Part shown: piece by piece, positions 30,956-44,958 of the stretch
Position numbering within the stretch: the first letter of the stretch is position 1
How the letters are laid out: each line of letters begins with the position of its first letter
NCBI RefSeq assembly: GCF_039521325.1
Contig: NZ_BAAACD010000016.1
Length of the DNA: 64,000 nt
Reading direction: 5' to 3' (one strand)
Source: Clostridium cadaveris
GTDB taxonomy: Bacteria > Bacillota > Clostridia > Clostridiales > Clostridiaceae
The notes under the pieces: generated by a model
What the model saw: only the letters and a program-made list of their open reading frames with translations
Databases searched by the model: none
What the model was told of the DNA's origin: nothing
Program-made: the position numbers and the translations under genes

Positions 30956-33046
30956 CTAATTTTCACTGTTTAAAGGAACTTCAATGGTTGTATTATTTTT
31001 AGCATTCTCCTCATTCATCTTTTTGTATATGTCTTCTTTCATTTTTTTAGTAAAATCACTTTCTTCATTATCATTTTTAAAATCTACTCCAAGCTTTTCT
31101 GATAATAGCACAGCAAGAAGACTTTCTACAGCATTAACATTGTTACCAGAGCCATCACTGCTTCCCATAGTAACTACGTTATTAGGAACTATATTAATCT
31201 TGCCATCCTTTATAGCCTCTGTAAATTTGCTCATTACATCTTGGATAACTTGGTATTGAGGACCTCCATAAGCATTAACCTGTTCCTTAATTGCTATAGC
31301 CTCTGCTATTCCAAGTCTAGCCTTCATTTCCGCTTCTGCCTCAGCAAGTCTCTTAACCTTGTATGCTTCTGCATCGGCAAGTGTCTTTTGCTTTTCAGCA
31401 TCCTGCCTTGCTTTTTGAAGTTCTGCTCTACCTATATTATCCTGAATATTTATATTTATAGAAGACTTGGTCAATTCAGATTGCTGCTCTGCTTTTGCTT
31501 GGAATTCCTTTAGTTCCTTTTCCTTTTCACTAGCCCTCATCTGACTACTATAAGTTTCTATTTTTTCTTTAGCAAGCTGTCTATCACTTAGCTGCTTAAG
31601 AATTTCTTCAATCTTTTTATCTCCATTAGGTGAAGGAGTTCCAATAAGCACTTCTTCAAGTTCTAGATTGTAGTTTTGGAATTTTGATTTCATCTCTTCG
31701 GTAGATTGTTTTTGTATTTCTGAACGATTTTGAATAAGTTCTATAAGCGTCATTTTCTGGGCAATATTTTTGAAATATGAAGAAACCATAGGATCAAGAG
31801 TCTGATCTACAAGTCTTTTTATATCTCCGAATCTTTGAATTACAAGAGGTGCTTTCTTGTAGTCTATATGAACGACAACAGATAGCGGAAGTGTTGGTTC
31901 AAATGCATCCATGGTTATTAATGTTACTTCTTTAAGGTTCTCATCATATTTATGTCCACCCACTTCTGCTTGAACCCATTTTAGTATAAAGTTTGTAGTT
32001 GGAACTTGTGTCAATATTCCTGCTGAAAGGTTGTACGCATATTTACCTGGTTTCAAAGGATTTACCCATATTCCTTTACACCCTTCTTCAACTAACTCTC
32101 CATGAGTATAACTGCTTCCTGATACGTCTTCACCTTTCTTTCCTACGAATGAGTTCACGACCCCTGCAAATCCTACAGGAATTATAGTCTTAGGAATTAT
32201 ATCTACGCTTGCAAACAATCTATTAATGAAATAAGTACCATCACTTATTACTTGATACTGCTTTCCTCTATATCCTCCAGCCTTCAAAAATGCTTCAGGA
32301 TTTTGGAAATTATTATGATAGGTTTCTTGGTCATTAGGGTCATCCCCCACTACTGGTGCTATTATTTCACCATTGGATAGTGATGGGCCATCTTGAACTG
32401 TAATTATACCCATTGGATCTTTTATGCTTTCTCCTGCTGAATTCTTGCTTCCTTCTTTAATGACTACTGGTCTAAATCCCTTTTGAGTTCTCAAATCATC
32501 TGCCATTCTTGAAATTTGATCTATCTCAAGTTTGTCTCCAATATTGATATAGTAATTTGTGGCCTCTGTAAGTATTATAAAGATGCTTAAATTAAATGCA
32601 TAAGTTCCCTCTCTAAGGATAGTCCTTTGAGGACCCTTTTGTCCCCCATTAGCTAAAAATGCTCTAGTATCTTGATAGTTTGAACATTCAACAACTCGTC
32701 CTAATGTTTGAGTCTCACCTAATGCTTCTCCATCTCTTGAAAATACATATCCAATCTGACCTTGAGAAATAGTTACTAAAGGACTTTTTATAATTTTATA
32801 TAACAAACGTGATTTGAAGTGTATACCAGTCCTCAATACATCTGGCTGAAATCCTGCTTCTCCATTCAAGGCTATAAATTTACCATCTTTTAAGTTTCCT
32901 TTTGGCGACCACCATTTTTCTACAACTCCTACTTCATTTGTACCAATTATGGTTAATCCAAACACTTTAAATATCAAAAGATATAAAGCTATTATGCCTA
33001 GAATAACCATAATCACAGGAAAAACATATTGTCCAATACCGCTCAT
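30956..33046 (-). CDS. Flotillin-like SPFH/band-7 domain protein
   Basis: N-terminal TM helix and SPFH domain. Long Ala/Glu/Lys coiled coil (…AEAEAEMKARLGIAEAIAIKEQ…). 696 aa. Confidence 0.75.
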   Translation of the reverse strand: MSGIGQYVFPVIMVILGIIALYLLIFKVFGLTIIGTNEVGVVEKWWSPKGNLKDGKFIALNGEAGFQPDVLRTGIHFKSRLLYKIIKSPLVTISQGQIGYVFSRDGEALGETQTLGRVVECSNYQDTRAFLANGGQKGPQRTILREGTYAFNLSIFIILTEATNYYINIGDKLEIDQISRMADDLRTQKGFRPVVIKEGSKNSAGESIKDPMGIITVQDGPSLSNGEIIAPVVGDDPNDQETYHNNFQNPEAFLKAGGYRGKQYQVISDGTYFINRLFASVDIIPKTIIPVGFAGVVNSFVGKKGEDVSGSSYTHGELVEEGCKGIWVNPLKPGKYAYNLSAGILTQVPTTNFILKWVQAEVGGHKYDENLKEVTLITMDAFEPTLPLSVVVHIDYKKAPLVIQRFGDIKRLVDQTLDPMVSSYFKNIAQKMTLIELIQNRSEIQKQSTEEMKSKFQNYNLELEEVLIGTPSPNGDKKIEEILKQLSDRQLAKEKIETYSSQMRASEKEKELKEFQAKAEQQSELTKSSININIQDNIGRAELQKARQDAEKQKTLADAEAYKVKRLAEAEAEMKARLGIAEAIAIKEQVNAYGGPQYQVIQDVMSKFTEAIKDGKINIVPNNVVTMGSSDGSGNNVNAVESLLAVLLSEKLGVDFKNDNEESDFTKKMKEDIYKKMNEENAKNNTTIEVPLNSEN

Positions 33047-33126
33047 AGATCCATCTCCTTATGATATAGATTAAACAGAAAAACTGTTAATTTATATATA
33101 TTCCCGATGAATTTTCAGTATACTGA

Positions 33127-34167
33127 TTATTTTAAATTTCTGAGCCTTTCTATTTCTCTTTTCGGAAAATCTACTGTTTCTCCTAAATATATATTCCATT
33201 CCTCTTTCAATAACTTTATTTGACTTTCTCTAGCTTTGATAGCTTCATCATAGTTGCCTCTTATTTCCTCAATGTGTGCTATGGCTTCAAAAGCATCTGT
33301 ATATCTAGGCTTTGGCTGAAGTTCAAATGCTCTTTTATAATATTCTATAGCATCATCATATCTACAAAGCTTTACCATGCAATCAGCATAAGAAGCACTT
33401 GATAACCAGTTCTCAGAATATCTTTCCAACATTTCATTCCAAACTTTTTCAGCTTCTTCTAATTTACATTCTTCTTTCAAGATAAGTCCCATATACAATG
33501 GTACACGCAAATCATCTTCAACTTTTCTCATTTTTCCTAGATAAACTCTTGCCTCTTCAGTTCTTCCATCCTCAATAAGTGAATCTAAAAGCCACAGATA
33601 TCCTCTAGCATAGTTAGGATTCTTTTCTAGGAATTCTTTATAATAGTCTATTAGCTCATGATGATTTGATACATTCCAGTCAGGAATGATACCATTCAAA
33701 ACACAGTTTAAAATAGCATGGCTATCTTTGTTCTCTGGATCAAGCTCAATGGCTTTCTTAACGTAGTTTGATGCTAAATACTTATATTCCTCTGCTCTAT
33801 GAGCATATAAATCAGCTAAAGTTCTAAAATATACAGCTTCATTCCCTCCTTCATTTATCTTATCTAACAAAAATTGGTTAGCGTAGTTAAAATCATATTC
33901 ACTAAGCATCCTCTCATCTATTATCATGTTTTGAATCCTCTCTAGATGGGATTCATCCGTCATTTCAAAAAGTTCATCTATCGTTACTCCAAAATATACA
34001 GCAAGCTCTGGAAGCAATGCTAAATCTGGAGCAGTAATTCCGTTTTCCCATTTAGAAACTGCCTGACAAGATACTCCCATTTTTAAAGCTAATTCTTCTT
34101 GAGTCACGCTTCTCTTTAGTCTTAATTTCTTTATCATCTTTCCTATCTCTATCTTCATTACCGTCAC
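33127..34167 (-). CDS. XRE-family HTH transcriptional regulator with TPR repeats
   Basis: HTH LRLKRSVTQEELALKMGVSCQAVSKWENG. TPR-like repeats in the C-terminal 250 aa. Confidence 0.7.
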   Translation of the reverse strand: MTVMKIEIGKMIKKLRLKRSVTQEELALKMGVSCQAVSKWENGITAPDLALLPELAVYFGVTIDELFEMTDESHLERIQNMIIDERMLSEYDFNYANQFLLDKINEGGNEAVYFRTLADLYAHRAEEYKYLASNYVKKAIELDPENKDSHAILNCVLNGIIPDWNVSNHHELIDYYKEFLEKNPNYARGYLWLLDSLIEDGRTEEARVYLGKMRKVEDDLRVPLYMGLILKEECKLEEAEKVWNEMLERYSENWLSSASYADCMVKLCRYDDAIEYYKRAFELQPKPRYTDAFEAIAHIEEIRGNYDEAIKARESQIKLLKEEWNIYLGETVDFPKREIERLRNLK

Positions 34168-34345
34168 CTTTTCAAAATTATTTGGTCGACCATAATCTTA
34201 TTATCATATAGACATTTCTATTATTCAATAACCGAAGCGTTGATAGGATTCAACCCATAGTTGAATAGATTGACCTCTAACCTTCAGACAAAATGTTATA
34301 GCTAGAACCTCTTAAAATATATAATTAAAAGATGTTCTAGTTATT

Positions 34346-35029
34346 TTAAATTTCTGTGCATAAATCCATAATCTTTTCACTGTCTATATTAAGATTTCCA
34401 TGATTATCTTTACATATATAAATCGGAATACTTAGGGTATCTTTAAAATACTTTTTATTATCTCTATGGATGATATCATCATCGTTATATCTATTTAAAA
34501 CTAAAGCATTAACTTTTATATTTTGACTCTTAATATATTCCATAGTCAATAAAGTTGCATTTATACTTCCTAAACCTGAATCTGCTACTACTATGGTTGA
34601 TAAATTAAATTCCTTTATTACATCAGTAAGCATGATAGTCTTTTTTCCTTTATATAATGGACATATGATTCCACCTGACCCCTCCACTACTACATAATCG
34701 CATTCACTTTTTATTCTATTAAAATTAGCTTTAATCTTATTTAATCTTACCTCTTCTCCATTAAGTCTAGCTGCTAAATGAGGTGATACAGCCTCTTCAA
34801 ATATATAACTTACCGATTTATTTGGATCTCCAGGAATATTCGCTTTTTCATATACATATGAAGCATCACCTGGAATCAGCTTTCCATTAATCTCTTCTGC
34901 CCCACTAAGCGCTGCTTTATAATAGCCACAATTAATACCTGCTTTTCTTAATTTTCTTATTATCAGAGACGAAATATAGGTTTTTCCTACATCTGTTCCA
35001 GTAGCTGTAATAAAAATCCCTTTGCTCAT
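34346..35029 (-). CDS. bioD: Dethiobiotin synthase
   Basis: P-loop ATGTDVGKT. 227 aa. Immediately downstream of bioB. Confidence 0.85.
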   Translation of the reverse strand: MSKGIFITATGTDVGKTYISSLIIRKLRKAGINCGYYKAALSGAEEINGKLIPGDASYVYEKANIPGDPNKSVSYIFEEAVSPHLAARLNGEEVRLNKIKANFNRIKSECDYVVVEGSGGIICPLYKGKKTIMLTDVIKEFNLSTIVVADSGLGSINATLLTMEYIKSQNIKVNALVLNRYNDDDIIHRDNKKYFKDTLSIPIYICKDNHGNLNIDSEKIMDLCTEI

Positions 35030-35030
35030 A

Positions 35031-35987
35031 TTACACCTCGAACCCTAATTTTCTTATCATTTCAATATCTTCTTCTGTTTTTATCCCTGAAGTTGTCAGC
35101 ATGTCCCCTGAAATACATGCGTTTATTCCACTTTTTAAAGCATCAAAACCTTTATCTAATAATAATGCTCGTCCACCCGCAAGCCTGATTTCAGCTTTTG
35201 GAAGAATGAATCTAATTAAAGATATAGTTTTTATTATTTCCTCATAAGATAGTATTTTTTGATTTTCTAATGGAGTTCCCTTAATTGGATTTAGTATGTT
35301 TATAGGAACGCTATTTACCTCTAGTTCTCTAAGGGTAAATGCCATATCCATTCTATCCTCCATAGTCTCACCTAATCCAATAATTCCTCCACTACATACC
35401 TCAAGGCCTGCCAGTTTTGCATTCTTTATTGTCTCTATCTTTTCATCAAAGGTATGGGTTGTACATATATTTTTAAAATAATTCTTTGATGTTTCTAAAT
35501 TATTATGGTATCGAATAACGCCTGCCTCTTTTAATTTTTTCAATTCTTCATACCCTAAAAGTCCATGAGATGCACAAAGCTCTATAGGAATATCGCTATG
35601 TATACTTTTATATATATCACATAAATTATCTATATTTTCTGCACTCATTCTCTTTCCAGATGTGACTATAGAAAATTTATGTACTCCTTGTTTATAGTTG
35701 GATTTTGCACTGTTTTTAATAGTATCTTCACTCAATAAATCATATTCTTCTATATTTGTTTTAAAATAAATAGACTGAGCACAGTACTTGCAATTTTCAC
35801 TACATCTTCCGCTCTTTCCATTGATAATTGTGCAAATGCTAAATTTATTGCCACAAAAGGTTTTTCTTATTTCATCAGCAGCTTTAGCTAATTCAAAAGT
35901 ATCCTCTTTAAATAAGAGTATTATATCCTTTTTTTCTAAAACTTTTCCTTCTAAAACCTGTTTTTTTATCCTATCTACATTTGTCAT
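35031..35987 (-). CDS. bioB: Biotin synthase (radical SAM)
   Basis: CxxxCxxC motif CSENCKYC. 318 aa, BioB-like C-terminal region. Confidence 0.9.
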   Translation of the reverse strand: MTNVDRIKKQVLEGKVLEKKDIILLFKEDTFELAKAADEIRKTFCGNKFSICTIINGKSGRCSENCKYCAQSIYFKTNIEEYDLLSEDTIKNSAKSNYKQGVHKFSIVTSGKRMSAENIDNLCDIYKSIHSDIPIELCASHGLLGYEELKKLKEAGVIRYHNNLETSKNYFKNICTTHTFDEKIETIKNAKLAGLEVCSGGIIGLGETMEDRMDMAFTLRELEVNSVPINILNPIKGTPLENQKILSYEEIIKTISLIRFILPKAEIRLAGGRALLLDKGFDALKSGINACISGDMLTTSGIKTEEDIEMIRKLGFEV

Positions 35988-36537
35988 ATTTAACTCCTAA
36001 AATTGAATTTACTTTACTTGCTAAAAGTGATCCAATGACACATAAAAGTATATCCCCTGGTATATCTAGTGGAAAACAAGATAAAAATATAATCCATAAT
36101 GTTGTAGGAGTTCCTAAATATAAATTTAATATGATAAATTTATAAAAGATTCCTATAGCATAAGTTACTATAAATCCTGAAAATGCTGCTATTAGATACT
36201 TTGAAAATTTATTAGCCTTAATATTCTTTGCTACTATTCCAACTGTGAAAGCTGCTGCTATAAAACCTAATAAATAACCAAAGCTTGGTCTAAAGATATA
36301 TTGAATACCTCCTCCTGCAGCAAATATAGGTATTCCCATGAGTCCCATTAAAACATAAATTACAACAGAAATAGCTCCATATTTAGGTCCTAATATCATT
36401 CCAGATAAAATCACAAACAAAAATTGTAGCGTAAAATAATCTAAATAAGGAACCGGTACTTGAATAAACGCCCCTATCGCTATAAGAGCCGTAAATAACG
36501 CACATCTGATCATTATTGTAGTTTTTGTATTCTCCAT
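35971..36537 (-). CDS. bioY: Biotin transporter, ECF S-component
   Basis: 188 aa, 6 TM helices, BioY-like sequence. Overlaps the bioB start. Confidence 0.85.
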   Translation of the reverse strand: MENTKTTIMIRCALFTALIAIGAFIQVPVPYLDYFTLQFLFVILSGMILGPKYGAISVVIYVLMGLMGIPIFAAGGGIQYIFRPSFGYLLGFIAAAFTVGIVAKNIKANKFSKYLIAAFSGFIVTYAIGIFYKFIILNLYLGTPTTLWIIFLSCFPLDIPGDILLCVIGSLLASKVNSILGVKYDKCR

Positions 36538-36583
36538 TTTATCCTCCCCTCAATTTATTTTATAATATTATATCGGCTTATTA

Positions 36584-36615
36584 TTGTCAACCAATTTTTA
36601 AAATTAAGTTTACAA
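36584..36615. promoter_or_regulatory. BirA operator (bio box) upstream of bioY-bioB-bioD
   Basis: Inverted half-sites TTGTCAACC-N14-AGTTTACAA match the Firmicute BirA consensus TTGTAAACC-N14/15-GGTTTACAA, 50-80 bp upstream of bioY. Confidence 0.55.
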
Positions 36616-36656
36616 TAAGCTGTGATTTTAGAATTGTCTATAAAAATAAAGAAGTC

Positions 36657-36700
36657 TGTACCAAAGATGATTCTTAGAATCATTTTGATACAGACCTTTA
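36657..36700 (-). terminator. Terminator hairpin downstream of the glycosidase gene
   Basis: About 19-bp imperfect inverted repeat gtctgtaccaaagatgattc…gaatcattttgatacagac followed by a T-rich tract on the minus strand. Confidence 0.5.
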
Positions 36701-36715
36701 AATTTATATCTTAGA

Positions 36716-39719
<3,004 letters not shown>

Positions 39720-39742
39720 TCTGTGCCTATTAATATCAATAT

Positions 39743-40375
39743 CTATTTTAATCTTTCTAGTACTTCTTCTGTTGTTAATGATCCGCTTGATAGCATTCCA
39801 AAATTAACTTCAGCTGCCTTATATGCTTCTTCTCCCGGTGCTGCTGTTGCATCTTTTGCTATATAAACCTCAAAACCTTGTTCAACCAAATCTCTCATAT
39901 GTGATTCAATACATATATTTGAGTTCATTCCTACAAGTATTACTGTATCTATCTTCTGCTTTCTTAGTTGTAATACTAAATCATTTGTCTGTGGTCCAAA
40001 AATTTTATGTGGACTTGCAATTATAGTCTCTCCATCTTCAAGATATGGCTTAAACTCATCAAGTATATCTGCTCTTGAATTTTTTTCTACAGCCTCTGAA
40101 GGACCTTTTCTCTCAAACATTTTCATTTGATGCATCATATGCTCTCCATTGCTACCAAACTTCCATGTGTAATCGTGAGGGTAGTAATAATGTGGTGATA
40201 CGAACACTTTATATCTATTTTCCTTTGCTGTTTTAAGTAAAGATATCATATTTTCTATAGTGTTGTTAGCTTTAACAACATCCTTAGCCAATTTATAACC
40301 TTCACCCATCTCATGTAAAAATTCATTTTGTGGATCTACCACTACTACTGCTGTTTCTTTATTGTTAAACTTCAT
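39743..40375 (-). CDS. Isochorismatase-family cysteine hydrolase
   Basis: VVVDPQNEF, and VILVGMNSNICIESHMRDL containing the catalytic Cys. Confidence 0.8.
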   Translation of the reverse strand: MKFNNKETAVVVVDPQNEFLHEMGEGYKLAKDVVKANNTIENMISLLKTAKENRYKVFVSPHYYYPHDYTWKFGSNGEHMMHQMKMFERKGPSEAVEKNSRADILDEFKPYLEDGETIIASPHKIFGPQTNDLVLQLRKQKIDTVILVGMNSNICIESHMRDLVEQGFEVYIAKDATAAPGEEAYKAAEVNFGMLSSGSLTTEEVLERLK

Positions 40376-40537
40376 TTAAATCACTCTCCTAATTTTTTAT
40401 AAGGCTTAAATCACTTGCTATGACTATATAATAATAGCTAAACAATAAACTCACAATTAGGCACTTTTAAGTTTCTAGAAACCTTTAAGTTACCTAATTT
40501 CTTTTTCTAATGAATTTTTGCTTAAAAATCATACTAT

Positions 40538-40858
40538 CTATTTAAAGGAAGCATACTCTTCTATAAGTTTAATCATATTTTCCTTATTCTGTTCAAATTG
40601 AATAAGCCTATTAACATTAGCACCATATGGATGTGGAAATTCTGTGAGAATTTGATTTTCTCCTATGATTCCCTGCTCCTTTAATTTACATAAAACCTCT
40701 TCAACAGCTTTTCCTAATGGTATTAATAAAACTTCCTTTGGATTATCTAAACTTTCTAATTCCTCTATAAAGTTTTCATAAACATACTTCATTAAAAAAT
40801 CATTTATTAATAGCTCATCCTTTGTATATTTATCTTTTAAAGGCAATTTCTTTATCAC
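40538..40858 (-). CDS. Hypothetical protein; start uncertain (GTG, or a frameshifted upstream ATG)
   Basis: 106-aa ORF begins with GTG. An ATG-initiated 10-codon ORF (MKKYYMITKM) ends 2 nt into it in the -1 frame. Confidence 0.3.
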   Translation of the reverse strand: MIKKLPLKDKYTKDELLINDFLMKYVYENFIEELESLDNPKEVLLIPLGKAVEEVLCKLKEQGIIGENQILTEFPHPYGANVNRLIQFEQNKENMIKLIEEYASFK

Positions 40859-40993
40859 ATCTTTGTAATCATATAATACTTTTTCATGTCTAAGTCACAT
40901 CCTATACTATTTATAATTTAGTTAATATGCTTAAAACAAAAAAGCACTACCCCCTCAAGAATAGTGCTTTTACGTTTAACTTCATGTCATGAA

Positions 40994-41878
40994 TTATTTT
41001 TTCTTAACAGGAATCCAAATTTCGCTGTAGTAGTTCTCATCTTGATTACCTTTTGGATAATCAGCTATATTTGTATACATTTCAATATTGTACCCTGCTG
41101 CAATTTCATAATCCTTGCAATTAGGTAGCCATTCTGAAAAGATTTTTTTATTCACATCTTGCAAAGATTTTGGCATTGCACCCTTACAAGCAAAAACAGC
41201 CCACATGTGTTTAGGAATGATTTTTGTAACAAAGCCATTAGGTATCTCTATAGACGGATTATAATTATCTGCAATCAAATATTCAAACTCATCTGAATCC
41301 ATGCTCTCATCTATACAAACCCCATACATTCCACATACAAATTTCCCATTTCCTTTTTTATAATGCTCTGTCCAAAACTGTGGGATTTCTGCAGTTGCAC
41401 TATCATATTTAAATACCTTTGATATGCCCATTACCGTAAACGAATCTTTTTCAATAATTTTGTAATCCATAATATAACCACCTTCCAATGAAAATTTGAT
41501 TTTCAGTGGAGCAAATGATTTAACCATTGCTCCATCTTTTCGAACAGCAGTAGGTGTTATCCCATGAAATCGAGTAAAGGCTTTTGTGAAACTATCCGGT
41601 GAAGTGTAGCCATATTTCAGAGCAATATCAATAATTTTTTCATCAGTTGAAACAAGCTCACTGCCGGCAAGTGTGAGCCTGCGTTGTCTGATATATTCAC
41701 CCACCGTAAAACCACAAAGCATTGCAAATCCTTTTTGGAAATAAAACGGAGACATAAATGCTTTTTTTGCAATATCTTCTATTACAATTTCTTCAGTGAT
41801 GTTCTCCTCAATGTAACTTATAGCTTCACCTATTCCTTCAATCCATCCCATAACCATTCCCCCTGTCTGTACATACAT
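40994..41878 (-). CDS. AraC-family transcriptional regulator with a GyrI-like effector-binding domain
   Basis: AraC HTH (…FMSPFYFQKGFAMLCGFTVGEYIRQRRL…IALKYGYTSPDSFTKAFTRFHGITP) and a C-terminal GyrI-like domain. Confidence 0.8.
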   Translation of the reverse strand: MYVQTGGMVMGWIEGIGEAISYIEENITEEIVIEDIAKKAFMSPFYFQKGFAMLCGFTVGEYIRQRRLTLAGSELVSTDEKIIDIALKYGYTSPDSFTKAFTRFHGITPTAVRKDGAMVKSFAPLKIKFSLEGGYIMDYKIIEKDSFTVMGISKVFKYDSATAEIPQFWTEHYKKGNGKFVCGMYGVCIDESMDSDEFEYLIADNYNPSIEIPNGFVTKIIPKHMWAVFACKGAMPKSLQDVNKKIFSEWLPNCKDYEIAAGYNIEMYTNIADYPKGNQDENYYSEIWIPVKKK

Positions 41879-41961
41879 CTTATCTCTTTTTAGGCGGCTA
41901 TTCCCGACTTTTTGTGTTATCTTTTGTCTTGTCTAAAATATTATTAAATAGCCTGTACTAT

Positions 41962-42359
41962 CTATTTAGATATATTGTTAAATGTAAATATTAGTTTATA
42001 TCCGTCAAATGTTACATCATGTTTTTCTTCAAAGTTCCCATTTGTATAGTCGCTAATGGTTTTTCTCCAAAACTTTTCTGCCCTTGGATTTGTTCCTGAT
42101 GGTGCAACATATAATTTCCACTCTCCTAAAAATTTATCAAATATCTGTTTTGCTGCAATGGATGCAATATTCCTTCCTCTGTATGGCCTTAATAAAAAGA
42201 ACTCATAAACATAATGATTATTTTTCCTTATATTGCACCTATATCATGTAATATTGCAGCTATTTTTGCTTCTTCTATAAAATTTTCATCACAACCCAAT
42301 TTATCCAATAAAACTTCAATTATCTTTTGATCACTATTTATTCTTTCAAATCTATTCAT
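41962..42359 (-). pseudogene. Gene remnants: a 43-codon HD-domain N-terminal fragment fused to a start-less GNAT acetyltransferase C-terminal fragment
   Basis: Minus strand encodes MNRFERINSDQKIIEVLLDKLGCDENFIEEAKIAAILHDIGAI*. A +2 frame then has no start codon: …IRKNNHYVYEFFLLRPYRGRNIASIAAKQIFDKFLGEWKLYVAPSGTNPRAEKFWRKTISDYTNGNFEE…. Confidence 0.5.
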
Positions 42360-42431
42360 TACATAATTCCTTTTATTATGATAAATTTAAAAAAGGTTGT
42401 AGTATAAACTACAACCTTTAATAATCAAAAA

Positions 42432-42584
42432 TTATCTTCTATTTTGTTCCTTCTTAGCTCTTCTACAAGCTGGACATCTTGTTGGCTCATTTTCAAATCC
42501 TTTTTCCTTGTAGAATTCTTGCTCTCCTACTGAAAATACGAATTCTGCTCCGCAATCTCTGCATGTTATTGTCTTATCTGTCAT
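42432..42584 (-). CDS. Zinc-ribbon domain protein (50 aa)
   Basis: TAGGAGGAATATTT-ATG RBS. MTDKTITCRDCGAEFVFSVGEQEFYKEKGFENEPTRCPACRRAKKEQNRR carries two CxxC pairs. Confidence 0.6.
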   Translation of the reverse strand: MTDKTITCRDCGAEFVFSVGEQEFYKEKGFENEPTRCPACRRAKKEQNRR

Positions 42585-42827
42585 AAATATTCCTCCTAAA
42601 ATTAAAGATTCTAAATTGATATAATAATCTCTAATTTTCAAGAAACTATTTACCTAAATGAAACTTTTTTTTGTTAGCATTTCGCTACTTATTTAGTATA
42701 TCACAGTATTTATCTAATTGCAATCTTTTTTTGATTGATTTTTATAAACAGTCAAAATTAATTTAATATTTAGCATACTTTACACCTTATCACATTTGTT
42801 ATTGCATTTATTTTATTCATATTATCA

Positions 42828-43514
42828 TTACTCGACAGCAATATATACATCCATATAAGAAACTCCATCTTTATTGTATTCTTTTTCAAAGCATGATAAA
42901 ACCTCTTTATTTTGTTTATGATTTAAACTATTTACTTCCATATATCGTATAAGTGTTTTGTATGCATTAGGAATTAACGTAAATGGCGCCTTAAACGGTT
43001 CCTTGATTGTAATAGCTACGTACTGATGATGTTCTTGTATGATTTCCTCTGGGCAATCATCTGAAAAATTCTCTGGTATTATACATGCTGCTACATAGCC
43101 ATGCATATGATATACATTTACCTGTTCTTGTGATACAAAAGGAAAATTCCAACCTATTATTTCGGGGTTCTCAATACCATTTAAAATAGCCCAATCATAC
43201 ACATGTTTTTTTGCATCATCTTCTGGTTTACTACTAATTACTGTATATTTAACATATCTGAATAAAGGAACCTTTTCTACACGAATATTTGTATAAGCTT
43301 CATTATCTGAATTCATATTTCCTAATATTATTTCATCTAAAGAACAAGAAAAAAGTTTGCAAAGTTGAATAGCCTTTTCCATTTCTGGAAAGGCAGAATT
43401 CATTTCCCATTTGGATACCGTTTGTCTGGATACATTCATTTTTTCAGCCAATTCTTCTTGTGTCATTCTTTCATGCATTTTTCTAAGAAACTGTAGATTT
43501 TGTCCAAATATCAT
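42828..43514 (-). CDS. XRE-family HTH regulator with a GyrI-like ligand-binding domain
   Basis: HTH MTQEELAEKMNVSRQTVSKWEMN. The C-terminal 150 aa are GyrI-like. Confidence 0.7.
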   Translation of the reverse strand: MIFGQNLQFLRKMHERMTQEELAEKMNVSRQTVSKWEMNSAFPEMEKAIQLCKLFSCSLDEIILGNMNSDNEAYTNIRVEKVPLFRYVKYTVISSKPEDDAKKHVYDWAILNGIENPEIIGWNFPFVSQEQVNVYHMHGYVAACIIPENFSDDCPEEIIQEHHQYVAITIKEPFKAPFTLIPNAYKTLIRYMEVNSLNHKQNKEVLSCFEKEYNKDGVSYMDVYIAVE

Positions 43515-44071
43515 TTTGTTATCCCCCTATTTAATTGATACTTAAATTGTAACTAATAAATAATGAGTAGTACACCAACTTACATTTTCTATTTTTTTAA
43601 TATATGCAACTTAAGGTTGCATGCTGTAAATGCTACATAATATAAAGGATATTCTGTGATATGTATAATCGCCTTTTTTATATTAACAATTCCGTAATGG
43701 ATGGCTACGGAGGTTTTAAACGTTTTATCCTCCTTGGACTATTGGTGATTATTTCATAATAGTTAGGAGGTGATATTGGATATGCTGGAATTAACTATAA
43801 AAAGCTTTTTTGCTATTTATATTATTAGATTAGTTTTAAAACATAATCTTTTTATTTCTAAACTAATTATCAAGATTAAATTTCTTGCATCTCATTTAGC
43901 CCAAAATCATTCATATTAATCTTCCTCATAAATTTCTATTTATCTTCCACTTTTAATTTAATACCTAACTAATTATAACATATTTTGTAAAATTAACATC
44001 GCTTGTGATACGGTATCTTCATCTGTAAAAATAGCCTTAGGCAAGTTATATCAATTCCTAATGCTATGAAT

Positions 44072-44097
44072 CTCATTTATTTATGATACGGTTCTCC
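44072..44097. repeat. Left direct repeat (att core) of the island
   Basis: Identical 26-mer to 59869-59894. Confidence 0.75.
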
Positions 44098-44125
44098 GTA
44101 TCAGTAGTAAGTGAGGTTTTTTTTA

Positions 44126-44815
44126 TTAATAAGTATCCTCTAATCCCATTACTAACTTTATTCTATTCATTAGTTTTTCTCTTAATTTTTTTAGTTGTTC
44201 TTCATTTCCAAACCATAAATCATTATATTCTTCACAAAAAGCCTTATATATTTTATTCTCATCATCTGTATTTTCTATATCTAAAATTCTACAAAGTATC
44301 TCATTATTATTTATACATTTACTTAAGTCACAATATAGTTTACTCATTCTTTCGTTATATAGCCTATTTACTGTATTAGTTGTATATTCTTTATTAGGAA
44401 TTATACATACTACACTTATTCTGCCCTTATTTTTTCCTCTTCCATTATATGCTGGTTCTGATTTATCTTCTTCTATAGATATCTTTACATCATTACTATT
44501 TAAGCAATCACCTTCAATAGTAGAATTATAACATTTTATCCCTTCCTTTTTTAAAATATTTCTGCAATTCTCTAGTTGTGTACTTAGGGCTTTATCTTTT
44601 TTATTTTCATGCTTAAATTTTATTTCTATTGTATTATAAATACTATTTTTAAAATTAAATTCTTCTCTATTTAATACTTCTTTATAATTATAAGTAATGA
44701 CTAATACATAACATTTCTTAACATCTAAATTACATTTGTTGCTCTTAATAAACTTACTAAACTCCCCTTGTATCTTATTATCAAAAATATGAGTATTTTT
44801 TATAATCAATTCCAT
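44126..44815 (-). CDS. Hypothetical protein (island cargo)
   Basis: 229-aa ORF. No recognised motif. Confidence 0.5.
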   Translation of the reverse strand: MELIIKNTHIFDNKIQGEFSKFIKSNKCNLDVKKCYVLVITYNYKEVLNREEFNFKNSIYNTIEIKFKHENKKDKALSTQLENCRNILKKEGIKCYNSTIEGDCLNSNDVKISIEEDKSEPAYNGRGKNKGRISVVCIIPNKEYTTNTVNRLYNERMSKLYCDLSKCINNNEILCRILDIENTDDENKIYKAFCEEYNDLWFGNEEQLKKLREKLMNRIKLVMGLEDTY

Positions 44816-44958
44816 AGATTCATCACTCCGATATAATTTAATATACTAACTATTATTGACATACTTTTAGTATTAATATCTATTATATTAAGTAATATAA
44901 ATTCTAATAAAAGCAAAAGGAGTATCTAATATAATACTCCTTTACTACTCTTTGCTTT

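Noticed and set aside
43783-43920. 45-aa ORF MLELTIKSFFAIYIIRLVLK… with an AGGAGGTG RBS in the 550-bp gap left of the island
   Set aside because: It is plausible but unsupported beyond the RBS. The region is AT-rich and such ORFs arise by chance. It was left unannotated.
44083-44379. 98-aa plus-strand ORF
   Set aside because: It lies entirely antisense to the better-supported minus-strand gene 44126-44815. It shows an AT-rich codon artefact (FLYLKFY…).
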